Origin: Candidatus Hadarchaeum sp.
GTDB lineage: Archaea > Hadarchaeota > Hadarchaeia > Hadarchaeales > Hadarchaeaceae
Assembly: GCA_020725895.1 (NCBI GenBank)
Contig: DYTO01000005.1
Coordinates: 1,200-42,580 of the forward strand
Direction of reading: 5' to 3'
Length of the DNA stretch: 41,381 nucleotides
The position numbers and the translations under genes are program-made. Below, piece after piece: positions 34,529 through 41,381 of this stretch (the first letter of the stretch is position 1; each line of letters opens with the position of its first letter). The notes beneath the pieces are model-generated. The model was not told the DNA's origin, ran no database searches, and saw only the letters and a program-made list of their open reading frames with translations.

Positions 34529-34807
34529 CTAATCGTACCTGACTTCAAATCCCGAGAACTCTCCCTTGTAGCCCTCCGGCTTCACCTCGACGTGCTTGAC
34601 GTTGGCGCTCGGCGGCCCCTTCCGGCAGAACTCGACCATCCTGTCCACGTCCTTTCGCTCCCCCTCGAAAACCGCCTCGACCCTCCCGTCGCGAAGGTTC
34701 CTCACCCAGCCGCTAACCCCGACTCTCTTGGCCATCTCCTGCGTGTGGTAGCGGAAAAAGACCCCTTGGACGGTGCCGCCTATGTAAACGTGGACTCTTG
34801 CTTTCAT
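34529..34807 (-). CDS. acyP: Acylphosphatase
   Basis: 92 aa. VHVYIGGTVQGVFFRYHTQEMAKRVGVSGWVRNLRDGRVEAVFEG is the acylphosphatase signature. Confidence 0.9.
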   Translation of the reverse strand: MKARVHVYIGGTVQGVFFRYHTQEMAKRVGVSGWVRNLRDGRVEAVFEGERKDVDRMVEFCRKGPPSANVKHVEVKPEGYKGEFSGFEVRYD

Positions 34808-34897
34808 CAGTATATATAAACTCGAAATATTAAAAACGTGAATTTAACAAAATGTAAACTTTAAAAAGTAAGCGAACTTAGGATTTAGGGTGACAAA

Positions 34898-35464
34898 TTG
34901 CCTGAAAAGAAACCTTTGCTGGCGAACCCGGCTCCACTGGGGCTTCTGGGTTTCGGGATGACCACGGTTTTGCTAAGCCTGGTCAATGCCGGGATAATTT
35001 CCGCGCAGGGTGTTGGGATGGTGCTCGCAATGGCGATTTTCTACGGGGGCATTGCGCAGCTTTTCGTCGGCTGGCTCGAGTACAAGAGGGGGAGCACTTT
35101 TGGCACGGTCGCGTTCTTCTCTTATGGGTCGTTCTGGCTGTCATTGGCTATGATTTACATAATTCCTGATCTCGCGTTGGTTGGCCCGGTTGACTTGGTC
35201 TCGAGAGGAACGTATCTGATAATGTGGGGCATCTTCTCGATATTCATGTTCCTATGCACGCTGAAACTCAACCGCGGGTTGCAGGTCGTCTTCTCGACGC
35301 TCGTTGCGCTGTTCTTCATCGTGGGTATCGGCGAAATAATGAACAACGCGACGATAATCGCAATCGGCGGTTTCGAGGGTATTTTCGTCGGGGGCGCAGC
35401 GATGTATGTGGCGGCCGCGGAAATCCTCAACGAGATGTACGAAAGGAAAGTCCTGCCTCTTTGA
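34898..35464 (+). CDS. satP: GPR1/FUN34/YaaH-family acetate/succinate channel
   Basis: NPAPLGLLGFGMTTVLLS is the family signature. There are 6 TM helices. The start is TTG. Confidence 0.85.
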   Translation: MPEKKPLLANPAPLGLLGFGMTTVLLSLVNAGIISAQGVGMVLAMAIFYGGIAQLFVGWLEYKRGSTFGTVAFFSYGSFWLSLAMIYIIPDLALVGPVDLVSRGTYLIMWGIFSIFMFLCTLKLNRGLQVVFSTLVALFFIVGIGEIMNNATIIAIGGFEGIFVGGAAMYVAAAEILNEMYERKVLPL

Positions 35465-35467
35465 GAT

Positions 35468-36049
35468 TCACCGCGAAACGAACCTGTTCCCTTCGATATA
35501 GAACCTGAGCTTTCTCTTCAAGTCCTTGCTGACGCCTATCCTGTTCGAGCGCGATGTCTTGAAATCGGCGGGCCCAGCGGCCAGGATTGTGAGGTGGCCG
35601 GGTTTCGTCATGTCTATCTTGTGGTGGTCATAGGTTATCCCCATCGCTTTTGAAAGCCTCCCCGGTCCGGAAGTCAGGAGTTTCTCATCCTCGAACCCTC
35701 TCCTAAATTTCATCAGCTCGATCCCTTCCAATGGCTCGAGTGCGCGCAACAGCACCGCCCCCGGCACCTCCTCGCGGTCGGCCGTTACGTTGAACATCCA
35801 GGAGTTATGCACCATGTACACGAATGCGTGCCCGCCTCGCCACCACATCAGCTCGTTCAGCTTCGTCCTCCTCTTGGAAGCCCTCGAAGCGGGGTCTCCC
35901 TTGCCGAAGTAGGCCTCGGTCTCGACAATCCTACCGCTCGTCAGGCCATCCGCGCATCGGTGGACCAGGACTTTCCCAAGAAGGTCCTTCGCGACAACTG
36001 CCGGGTCGCGCTGGTAGAAACTACGCGGGAGGGGCTTCATTTTCGTCAC
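35468..36049 (-). CDS. mpg: DNA-3-methyladenine glycosylase (Mpg/AAG family)
   Basis: LPRSFYQRDPAVVAKDLLGKVLV, GRIVETEAYFGKGDPASRA, VYMVHNSWMFNV, GPGRLSKAMGI and RIGVSK are present. 193 aa. Confidence 0.85.
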   Translation of the reverse strand: MTKMKPLPRSFYQRDPAVVAKDLLGKVLVHRCADGLTSGRIVETEAYFGKGDPASRASKRRTKLNELMWWRGGHAFVYMVHNSWMFNVTADREEVPGAVLLRALEPLEGIELMKFRRGFEDEKLLTSGPGRLSKAMGITYDHHKIDMTKPGHLTILAAGPADFKTSRSNRIGVSKDLKRKLRFYIEGNRFVSR

Positions 36050-36106
36050 ATGGAATTGAAAAAGAAAGTTAAAAAGAGCATCGAACGAATAGAATTGGAG
36101 GTAACG

Positions 36107-36772
36107 ATGAAACTAGACCCGGCCGTTAGAGAGAAGTATCCGGAGTTCTTGGTCGGATATTTGACCGTCAGCGGCCTCACGATAGAGCAGACGGTCGACG
36201 GGCTTGAGGAAAGGAAGAGGGAAGTCTTCCAAGAATTGAAATCCAAATATTCGGAGAAGCAGACGACGGAGATCCCTGAAATCGGGGTATACAGGAAATT
36301 CTCGAAATTGATGGGCGCCGACCCGTCGAGCTACCGCCCGATAACCGAATACCTGCTCAGGCGCGCGCTAGACGACAGGTTTCCGAACATAAACAACGTG
36401 GTGGACTCTTGCCTTCTGGCGTCTGTCGAGCACTTCGTTTCCGGCGGCGTATACGACGTGCTCAAGCTGAAAGGGGACACGAGGACGACCCTTGCAAAGG
36501 TCGGCGAAAACCAGTTCGAACTGATAGACGGGAGAAAGATCGCCCCGAAGCCGGACGAAATCGTCCTCCGCGACGACCAGAAAGTCCTTTCGGCGTACAC
36601 CCTTGGGGACGCGAAAATCGCCAAAGTCAACATCGGGACATCGACCGCACTTGTGGTGCTCTGGAACGCTCCGGGCATCCAAAGGGACAGGATGGAAGCA
36701 GCGACGAAATCAGTTGGGACATACCTTAGGAAGTTCTGCGGCGGCCATGTAGACCAGAGCGAGATACTGTAG
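36107..36772 (+). CDS. B3/B4 tRNA-binding domain protein (PheRS beta-subunit-related)
   Basis: MKLDPAVREKYPEFLVGYLTVSGL..., SSYRPITEYLLRRAL, INNVVDSCLLASVEHFVSGGVYD and LRDDQKVLSAYTLGDAK follow the B3_4 domain pattern. GGAGGT at 36097-36102 precedes ATG 36107. The upstream part of the ORF overlaps mpg. Confidence 0.7.
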   Translation: MKLDPAVREKYPEFLVGYLTVSGLTIEQTVDGLEERKREVFQELKSKYSEKQTTEIPEIGVYRKFSKLMGADPSSYRPITEYLLRRALDDRFPNINNVVDSCLLASVEHFVSGGVYDVLKLKGDTRTTLAKVGENQFELIDGRKIAPKPDEIVLRDDQKVLSAYTLGDAKIAKVNIGTSTALVVLWNAPGIQRDRMEAATKSVGTYLRKFCGGHVDQSEIL

Positions 36773-36849
36773 TCCGAAAATCAGACGTGCCGTCCGGGAA
36801 AATGAAACGTTATACTTAATTTCACGAATTTTCAGAATAATCGGTAATC

Positions 36850-38031
36850 ATGTCTGGAAAGAAAGAAGGAAGGGCCACGCTATTCAGTTCCAAAAACGGC
36901 TGGTTCAGGGGCGAGGATATGTTCGCAGAGTTTACGGACCCGTTGTTCACTCTCACGCTGCAGAAAGACGGCGCGGCTTTGAAGACGAGGAAGAGCGTGA
37001 AAAAAATCAGGGGCGACCCGTTGGCGATATTTGAAGATTTTCTAAAGAAGGGGTACTTTGCGGTCGGGTATTTCGGCTATGAATTCTTTGAAAAGACAGG
37101 GGGCGATTTCGGGCAGGAACATCGCAAGAACGGCGTTGAAATGCCGCCTGCCTGCTTCATGTTCTTCGAAGCGCCTGACGCGCGAGGAAAGATCTGTGGA
37201 CTGGCTAGTGGGCGCGGCTCAAAAAGTTCTGGCTCGGCGCCGAGACCGAACATGGAAAAATCCGAGTTCCTGATGATGGTAAAGGCCGTCCGAAAGTACA
37301 TCGAGCTGGGCGACGTTTACCAGGTCAACCTTTCTCAACGCTTTGACTTGCCATTCAGCATGGAGCCACAAGAGTTGCTCTCCAGACTTTACGAAGAACA
37401 GCCCGTGCCTTTCGCGTGCTCGCTCGACTTTGGCGAGTTCAGCGTCGTCAGCGGATCGATGGAGCTCTTCCTGCGAAAGAAAGGAGACAGGGTCGTGACC
37501 CGGCCGATAAAGGGGACGCGGCCCCGCGGACGCGGCAACAAAAAGGATTTGTTAGGGAGCGAGAAAGAGCGTGCGGAGAATCTAATGATAGTCGATCTGA
37601 TGAGGAACGACCTCGGGCGGGTCTGCGATTTCGGGAGCGTCAGGGTCAACCGGCTTTTCGAGATCGAGCCATACTCCACCCTTTACCAGATGGTCTCGGA
37701 GGTCGAGGGGAGACTGAGGGAAGGGGTCGGGGTCGCTGAGATAATAAAAGCCACTTTTCCCCCCGGCTCCGTCACTGGCGCGCCGAAGAGAAGGGCGATG
37801 GAGATAATCAATGAGCTGGAGCCGCACCTGCGCGGGCCTTACTGCGGTGTGATCGGGTTTTTCGAGCCCGGTGGCGACTTCACTCTCAGCGTCGCCATAC
37901 GCGTGCTTGCGGCATCGGGGAATATCGGCCATCTTTGGGTCGGGGGCGGCATAACTTGGGGCTCCGTGCCCGAGCTGGAATACGATGAGACGCTCGTGAA
38001 AGCGCGGGCGATGATGAGCGCGTTGGCTTGA
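36850..38031 (+). CDS. pabB: Chorismate-binding enzyme, aminodeoxychorismate synthase component I-like (short form)
   Basis: GDVYQVNLSQRF, RPIKGTRPRG, SEKERAENLMIVDLMRNDLGRV, FPPGSVTGAPKRRAMEII and RGPYCGVIG are present. The gene is paired with a class IV aminotransferase-fold lyase. Confidence 0.8.
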   Translation: MSGKKEGRATLFSSKNGWFRGEDMFAEFTDPLFTLTLQKDGAALKTRKSVKKIRGDPLAIFEDFLKKGYFAVGYFGYEFFEKTGGDFGQEHRKNGVEMPPACFMFFEAPDARGKICGLASGRGSKSSGSAPRPNMEKSEFLMMVKAVRKYIELGDVYQVNLSQRFDLPFSMEPQELLSRLYEEQPVPFACSLDFGEFSVVSGSMELFLRKKGDRVVTRPIKGTRPRGRGNKKDLLGSEKERAENLMIVDLMRNDLGRVCDFGSVRVNRLFEIEPYSTLYQMVSEVEGRLREGVGVAEIIKATFPPGSVTGAPKRRAMEIINELEPHLRGPYCGVIGFFEPGGDFTLSVAIRVLAASGNIGHLWVGGGITWGSVPELEYDETLVKARAMMSALA

Positions 38032-38040
38032 GGTGGAAAT

Positions 38041-38853
38041 GTGAGCGAATTCATTTTCCTGGATGGGGAACTCCTGAAGTACGGGGCACCGATGAGATCC
38101 TTGCTTTACGGGGAGGGCGTGTTCGAGACTTTCAGGTGGATGAACTCCCCCCCGGAATACCTGGAAGCGCATCTCGACAGGATGAAGCGCGGCGCGGACT
38201 TCCTGAAAATCCCGTTCCCTGGCCGTGAAAAATTGACCGAGGATCTCGAGACTGCTATCGAATCATCGGGGCTGGACGACGCTTACGTGAAAGTGTGCCT
38301 CTTGTCGTCGGGCCCGAAGAAATTCTACGACATGCCGGCTTCCGCACAGGTGATGGTGCTGATCAGGGCTTACGAGCCGCAGGCGGGAAGCCTCACTGCC
38401 AACGTCGCTCCTTTCAGCAGGAACTCTTCTTCACCGCTCGTTAGGATAAAATCCATAAACTATCTGGAAAACGTGATTGCCAGAAGGGAAGCCAAGAGTC
38501 TGGGCTTTGACGAGACGATTTTCCTGAACGAGAATGGCGAGGTGGCGGAGGGTTCTTCCACTAACATATTCTGGATAAAGGGCGGGAAGCTCATGACCCC
38601 CGCGGTGGAGTGCGGACTGTTGCCGGGGATTGCTCGGATGGTGCTTCTGTCTTCGGCGAAGGAACTCGGGTTTGAGGCGGTCGAGGGGAGATTTGGACTG
38701 GATCATGTCGCTTCCTCGCAGGGTGCGTTCCTGACGAACTCGCTTGTCGGAGTGGCCGCGCTCACTGACTTGGAGGGGAAAAGGATCTCACAAAACGTCG
38801 AGACTTTCAAAAATATCCGCCGGGCCGTGTTCAATAAATTTGGATGGGTTTGA
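38041..38853 (+). CDS. pabC: Aminodeoxychorismate lyase / class IV (D-amino acid/BCAT fold) aminotransferase
   Basis: LLYGEGVFETFR, IKSINYLENVIARREA, EGSSTNIFWIKGGKLMTP and LPGIAR are present. The GTG start lies 9 nt after pabB. Confidence 0.75.
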   Translation: MSEFIFLDGELLKYGAPMRSLLYGEGVFETFRWMNSPPEYLEAHLDRMKRGADFLKIPFPGREKLTEDLETAIESSGLDDAYVKVCLLSSGPKKFYDMPASAQVMVLIRAYEPQAGSLTANVAPFSRNSSSPLVRIKSINYLENVIARREAKSLGFDETIFLNENGEVAEGSSTNIFWIKGGKLMTPAVECGLLPGIARMVLLSSAKELGFEAVEGRFGLDHVASSQGAFLTNSLVGVAALTDLEGKRISQNVETFKNIRRAVFNKFGWV

Positions 38854-38874
38854 TTTCCTAGCCTCTGCAAGACC

Positions 38875-39213
38875 TTACTTCTTACCCTTTAGCTTGAGTA
38901 TCGCTTCTGCTATGTCGCCGTTTGTCTCCCTCAAAGCCTGCGATGCCGTTGCCCCGTCCACGCCGGTCTGCTCCATTATCAGTTTAAGGTCTTCCTCGCT
39001 CGGAGAAAACTCGGGCTTCCTCTCGATTTCCCGCCCGACGACCTGGTAGCTTCGCTGCCCGCCCATCTCGGTGATGGTCACCTGGGCGTCGGCGATCACT
39101 ATCTCGCGGTCCTCCATCTTTATCACGACTTCCTTGACGCCTGCGATGTCCTGAGTCTTTATCCCCATCTGGCGCATCGCCCGCTCCATCTGCCTGCGGT
39201 CCATCTTGAACAT
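38875..39213 (-). CDS. nac: Nascent polypeptide-associated complex protein (archaeal NAC with a UBA domain)
   Basis: MERAMRQMGIKTQDI...VVIKMEDREIVI...VTITEMGGQRSYQV is the NAC domain. The C-terminal DLKLIMEQTGVDGATASQALRETNGDIAEAI is the UBA domain. Confidence 0.9.
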   Translation of the reverse strand: MFKMDRRQMERAMRQMGIKTQDIAGVKEVVIKMEDREIVIADAQVTITEMGGQRSYQVVGREIERKPEFSPSEEDLKLIMEQTGVDGATASQALRETNGDIAEAILKLKGKK

Positions 39214-39214
39214 C

Positions 39215-39766
39215 CTACCACCAAACCTTCTGTTTCAACTCATTAAAAACATCCGCCAGGCGCATCTCCCTTGCCTGGGAATCGAGATAAACGAGGTCGA
39301 GCTTCCCCTCCTGCCTGATCATTATCGTCGCCGCGTCCTGGAAATCATTCACCCTGCCCATCCTCAGCTTCTGGATGACCAAATCCTCTGGCGAAGCGAG
39401 CCAGACATCCGTGGCGAAAAATCGGGCCTTTCTCCTGCGCTCAATCGCAATGAAATCGTGGCTGTCTTCCGCCGCCCGGAAGTCCGCGCGGTAACCATCG
39501 TCTTTCGCCTCCAGCATGAAGTTGCCCGAGCCGGCCGTGTGGAGGCTCCCGACCAGGATGAAGCCAGATTTTCTCGCCTTCGTGACGAGTTTCTTGAAGG
39601 CCTTCTTTTCCCCGAAAACAATGAAATCGATGTACCTTGTGGAGCGAGGCATCCCGTAGTAGCCGGAGGCGAGTGCGCCGACGATGACGAAAGTTATCTT
39701 CTCCTTCTTCAGGAACCGGACCGTCTTCTTCAGGACTTCTCTGTAAACCATTCCTCTATCTCCCAC
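39215..39766 (-). CDS. Nucleotidyltransferase-fold protein (MNT / AbiEii-like) with a degenerate catalytic dyad
   Basis: ITFVIVGALASGYYGMPRSTRYIDFIV aligns to the hhhhGG.A...yG..R.T.DhDhhh NTase signature, but Tyr sits where the first Asp would be. SPEDLVIQKLRMGR is the typical following helix. The stop lies 1 nt before the nac start, and an alternative start is at 39751. Confidence 0.5.
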   Translation of the reverse strand: MGDRGMVYREVLKKTVRFLKKEKITFVIVGALASGYYGMPRSTRYIDFIVFGEKKAFKKLVTKARKSGFILVGSLHTAGSGNFMLEAKDDGYRADFRAAEDSHDFIAIERRRKARFFATDVWLASPEDLVIQKLRMGRVNDFQDAATIMIRQEGKLDLVYLDSQAREMRLADVFNELKQKVWW

Positions 39767-39975
39767 ATCCGCCTTATCGCCCTCTTCCTGCTGGACTCTC
39801 TGGTAGTGGAAAGGTAAAGTTCCAGCATCACGTCGGAGAGCTCGGCGACCATCGCGGCCGTCTTCGCACCGCTCTTGTTTCGAAGGGGTTCGACGAGGAC
39901 TTTCAGGTCCTTGACGTCAAGGCCCGAGACCCCGGTCTTCCCGCCGACATCAATCCTCTTCTCGCGGAACTTCAC
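39730..39975 (-). CDS. Possible small ORF (up to 81 aa from GTG, or 40 aa from ATG 39852) filling the gap upstream of the NTase-like gene
   Basis: This is the only open frame in the 183-nt gap between the PUA gene and the NTase-like gene, and it overlaps both neighbours. I recognise no domain. Confidence 0.2.
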   Translation of the reverse strand: MKFREKRIDVGGKTGVSGLDVKDLKVLVEPLRNKSGAKTAAMVAELSDVMLELYLSTTRESSRKRAIRRMWEIEEWFTEKS

Positions 39976-40441
39976 CCTGGCCCCTCCTGACCCTTATAGC
40001 TTGGCCCCTCTTGAACGCCAGCATCTCCTCGCCAGACAGGATAGCTTTCCCGCTCGCGAGCAGGTTGTCATTCCCGTCGACGACAAGCACCTCCTCGGAC
40101 GGCCTGATCTCCCTGTCGGCGGAGATAACGTGTTTCGCGAAGACCGTTTTTCCCTGAGCGACAAACGGCGCCGCGTCCTCGTTCATGACAACCCTCAGGC
40201 GCGGGGGCTTCAGGGCCTTGTGCAGGATCTCGGCGCCTTTCCTGTTCGGGACTATGAAGCCGTCCGATGCCCTGACGGTACAGATAATTTCTTTCCTCAG
40301 CCAGACCTGCCTTATCCTGCCCCTTGTCTTCCTGACCTTGACCCCCTTTGGGAAAAGCTTGGCGCCGACGCCTTTCTCGAAGAGGTAGTCTGCAACTGCC
40401 CTCAGCCTGAGCAGGTCCTTTGGTGAAGGTTCCGTCAACAT
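39950..40441 (-). CDS. PUA-domain RNA-binding protein (small archaeal pre-PUA + PUA type)
   Basis: RVVMNEDAAPFVAQGKTVFAKHVISADREIRPSEEVLVVDGNDNLLASGKAILSGEEMLAFKRGQAIRVR matches the PUA pattern seen in ArcTGT-type C-termini. It sits adjacent to trm5. Confidence 0.65.
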   Translation of the reverse strand: MLTEPSPKDLLRLRAVADYLFEKGVGAKLFPKGVKVRKTRGRIRQVWLRKEIICTVRASDGFIVPNRKGAEILHKALKPPRLRVVMNEDAAPFVAQGKTVFAKHVISADREIRPSEEVLVVDGNDNLLASGKAILSGEEMLAFKRGQAIRVRRGQGEVPREED

Positions 40442-40520
40442 CCTGAACCAATCGACTTCCAGACAAAAAACTCTGTTGTTGCGGGATTTTTCGTGGTCGC
40501 GGCGCGCGAGAATGTTTTTC

Positions 40521-40545
40521 TAGTTGGGAATGACACTCCCAACTA
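40521..40545 (-). other. 9-bp perfect hairpin (TAGTTGGGA-N7-TCCCAACTA) just downstream of trm5
   Basis: Read directly. It starts 11 nt after the trm5 stop on the minus strand. A T6 run (minus strand, 40465-40470) lies further downstream. It may be a 3' end or processing structure. Confidence 0.3.
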
Positions 40546-40556
40546 CTAAAATGCCC

Positions 40557-41381
40557 TCATCCGGCCCGAGCAGGCCCGACCTTCGCATCTATCACGACGT
40601 GGTTCACGCCCGGGGAATACCGCTTCACCACCCGCTTCCCCACTATCTCCACCTTGCGTCCGGCCGCCGCCTGAAAAACCCTGTCGACTGGCCTTTCGAA
40701 CCCGACCTTGCATGGAGTGGTCTCGTGGTAGTGGATGAATCCCCCTTCACTCTTCAGCACGTCGAACGCGAGCGGCAAGTAAATCTGGGTCACGTGTATC
40801 AGCCCCATCACGACCCTGTCGGCGCCCCCCCGCGGCGCCACTTCCGCGCAATCGCCCGGCATCGGGACAATCAAGTGGCCCAGGTGGTTGATGCGGATGT
40901 TGTCACAAAGGTAATTGTATGCCTCTGGGTTTATTTCGATTGAATGGACTCTTGCGGGCCTTGCGTGCTTCGCTATCGGGACGCTGAACTGCCCGACACC
41001 GGCAAACATGTCAACGACCGTTTCCCCGTCCCTGACAAGATTCGGAATCCTCTGGCGCTCGTGAACGTTCCCTATCGAGAACATGACCTTCGAGACGTCA
41101 AGCCTGAATGTGCAGCCATTCTCCTTGTGGGTCGTCTCGGTCGACGGGTTCCCGGCAATCACTCTTATCGGCGGCCTGCGGCTCCTCCCGCCTATGGGGC
41201 CCTCCCTCAATGCAACAGTCTCCACGCCATTTATCTTCAGCAGGCTCGAGGCGATCACGTCAGATTTTTGAAGCAGACTTTCCGGCAGGTTGACTAGGGC
41301 GACGTGGCCGACCCTTTCAAAACCGCGCGGCAGGACATCCATCTCTTCCTCTGAAAGGACTCCACGCAGGACATCCTGGAG
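40557..41381 (-). CDS. trm5: tRNA (guanine37-N1)-methyltransferase Trm5 family, 5' end runs off the window
   Basis: LPRGFERVGHVALVNL, VVDMFAGVGQFSVPIAK is SAM motif I, and EINPEAYNYLCDNIRIN is present. The frame stays open upstream of the first ATG to the window end (LQDVLRGVLSEEEMDV...). Confidence 0.85.
   Translation of the reverse strand, partial: LQDVLRGVLSEEEMDVLPRGFERVGHVALVNLPESLLQKSDVIASSLLKINGVETVALREGPIGGRSRRPPIRVIAGNPSTETTHKENGCTFRLDVSKVMFSIGNVHERQRIPNLVRDGETVVDMFAGVGQFSVPIAKHARPARVHSIEINPEAYNYLCDNIRINHLGHLIVPMPGDCAEVAPRGGADRVVMGLIHVTQIYLPLAFDVLKSEGGFIHYHETTPCKVGFERPVDRVFQAAAGRKVEIVGKRVVKRYSPGVNHVVIDAKVGPARAG

Noticed and set aside
35807-36106. N-terminal 100-codon extension of the B3/B4-domain ORF.
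   Set aside because: It lies antisense over the mpg gene. A GGAGGT followed by an ATG at 36107 gives a protein of typical B3_4 length that starts at the conserved MKLDP...FP motif.
39206-39817. 203-aa plus-strand ORF exactly covering the NTase-like gene on the opposite strand.
   Set aside because: The minus-strand product carries a recognisable NTase signature and fits the same-strand operon (PUA, NAC). The plus-strand translation has no motif and would collide head-on with its neighbours.
1-41381. Search by eye for CRISPR arrays, tandem or direct repeats, IS elements, integrases, tRNA/rRNA genes and prophage-like blocks.
   Set aside because: I recognised none. The intergenic spacers are short except 8077-8712 and 24514-24817, which contain no repeat arrays. 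A computational repeat, tRNAscan or Infernal scan would be needed to be definitive.

Overview
Archaeal chromosomal segment, roughly mid-50s % GC by eye. It is densely packed on both strands with about 48 protein genes, many joined by 1-4 nt stop/start overlaps, and GGAGG-type ribosome-binding sites are visible. Archaeal hallmark genes place it: RadA, ABCE1, NMD3, NAC, an Sm-like protein, ThrRS with the archaeal N-terminal editing domain, archaeal-type ProRS, HisRS, AglB/STT3-like proteins, archaeal PPAT, CoaBC, pantoate kinase, and archaetidylinositol-phosphate synthase with myo-inositol-1-phosphate synthase. Metabolic genes include proBA, ilvBN, pabBC, an ApgM-family enzyme, acylphosphatase, a SatP-type acetate channel, Mpg glycosylase and endonuclease IV. 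I recognised no rRNA, tRNA, CRISPR array, cas gene, transposase or integrase. Most of the window is ordinary core genome. The parts worth a second look, in my order of interest, are: (1) a translationally coupled pair of a small helical protein and a stand-alone CARF/Csa3-N-like domain protein (20098-20833) with no CRISPR context; (2) a ParB/Srx-fold protein coupled to an ApgM-family phosphotransferase (24818-26837), possibly a small-molecule kinase module; (3) a zinc-ribbon plus Hjc-like PD-(D/E)xK nuclease on a low-GC islet inside an inositol-lipid cluster (5709-6092); (4) a divergent STT3-like GT-C protein coupled to a LamG lectin-fold protein (10222-13073); (5) an AbiEii/MNT-like nucleotidyltransferase with a possible small partner ORF, wedged between housekeeping genes (39215-39975); (6) a minimal membrane protein with two H-x13-H helices on a low-GC islet (33986-34462); (7) a decayed AT-rich islet (8077-8712). 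All functional calls come from motif recognition by eye. No database search was run.
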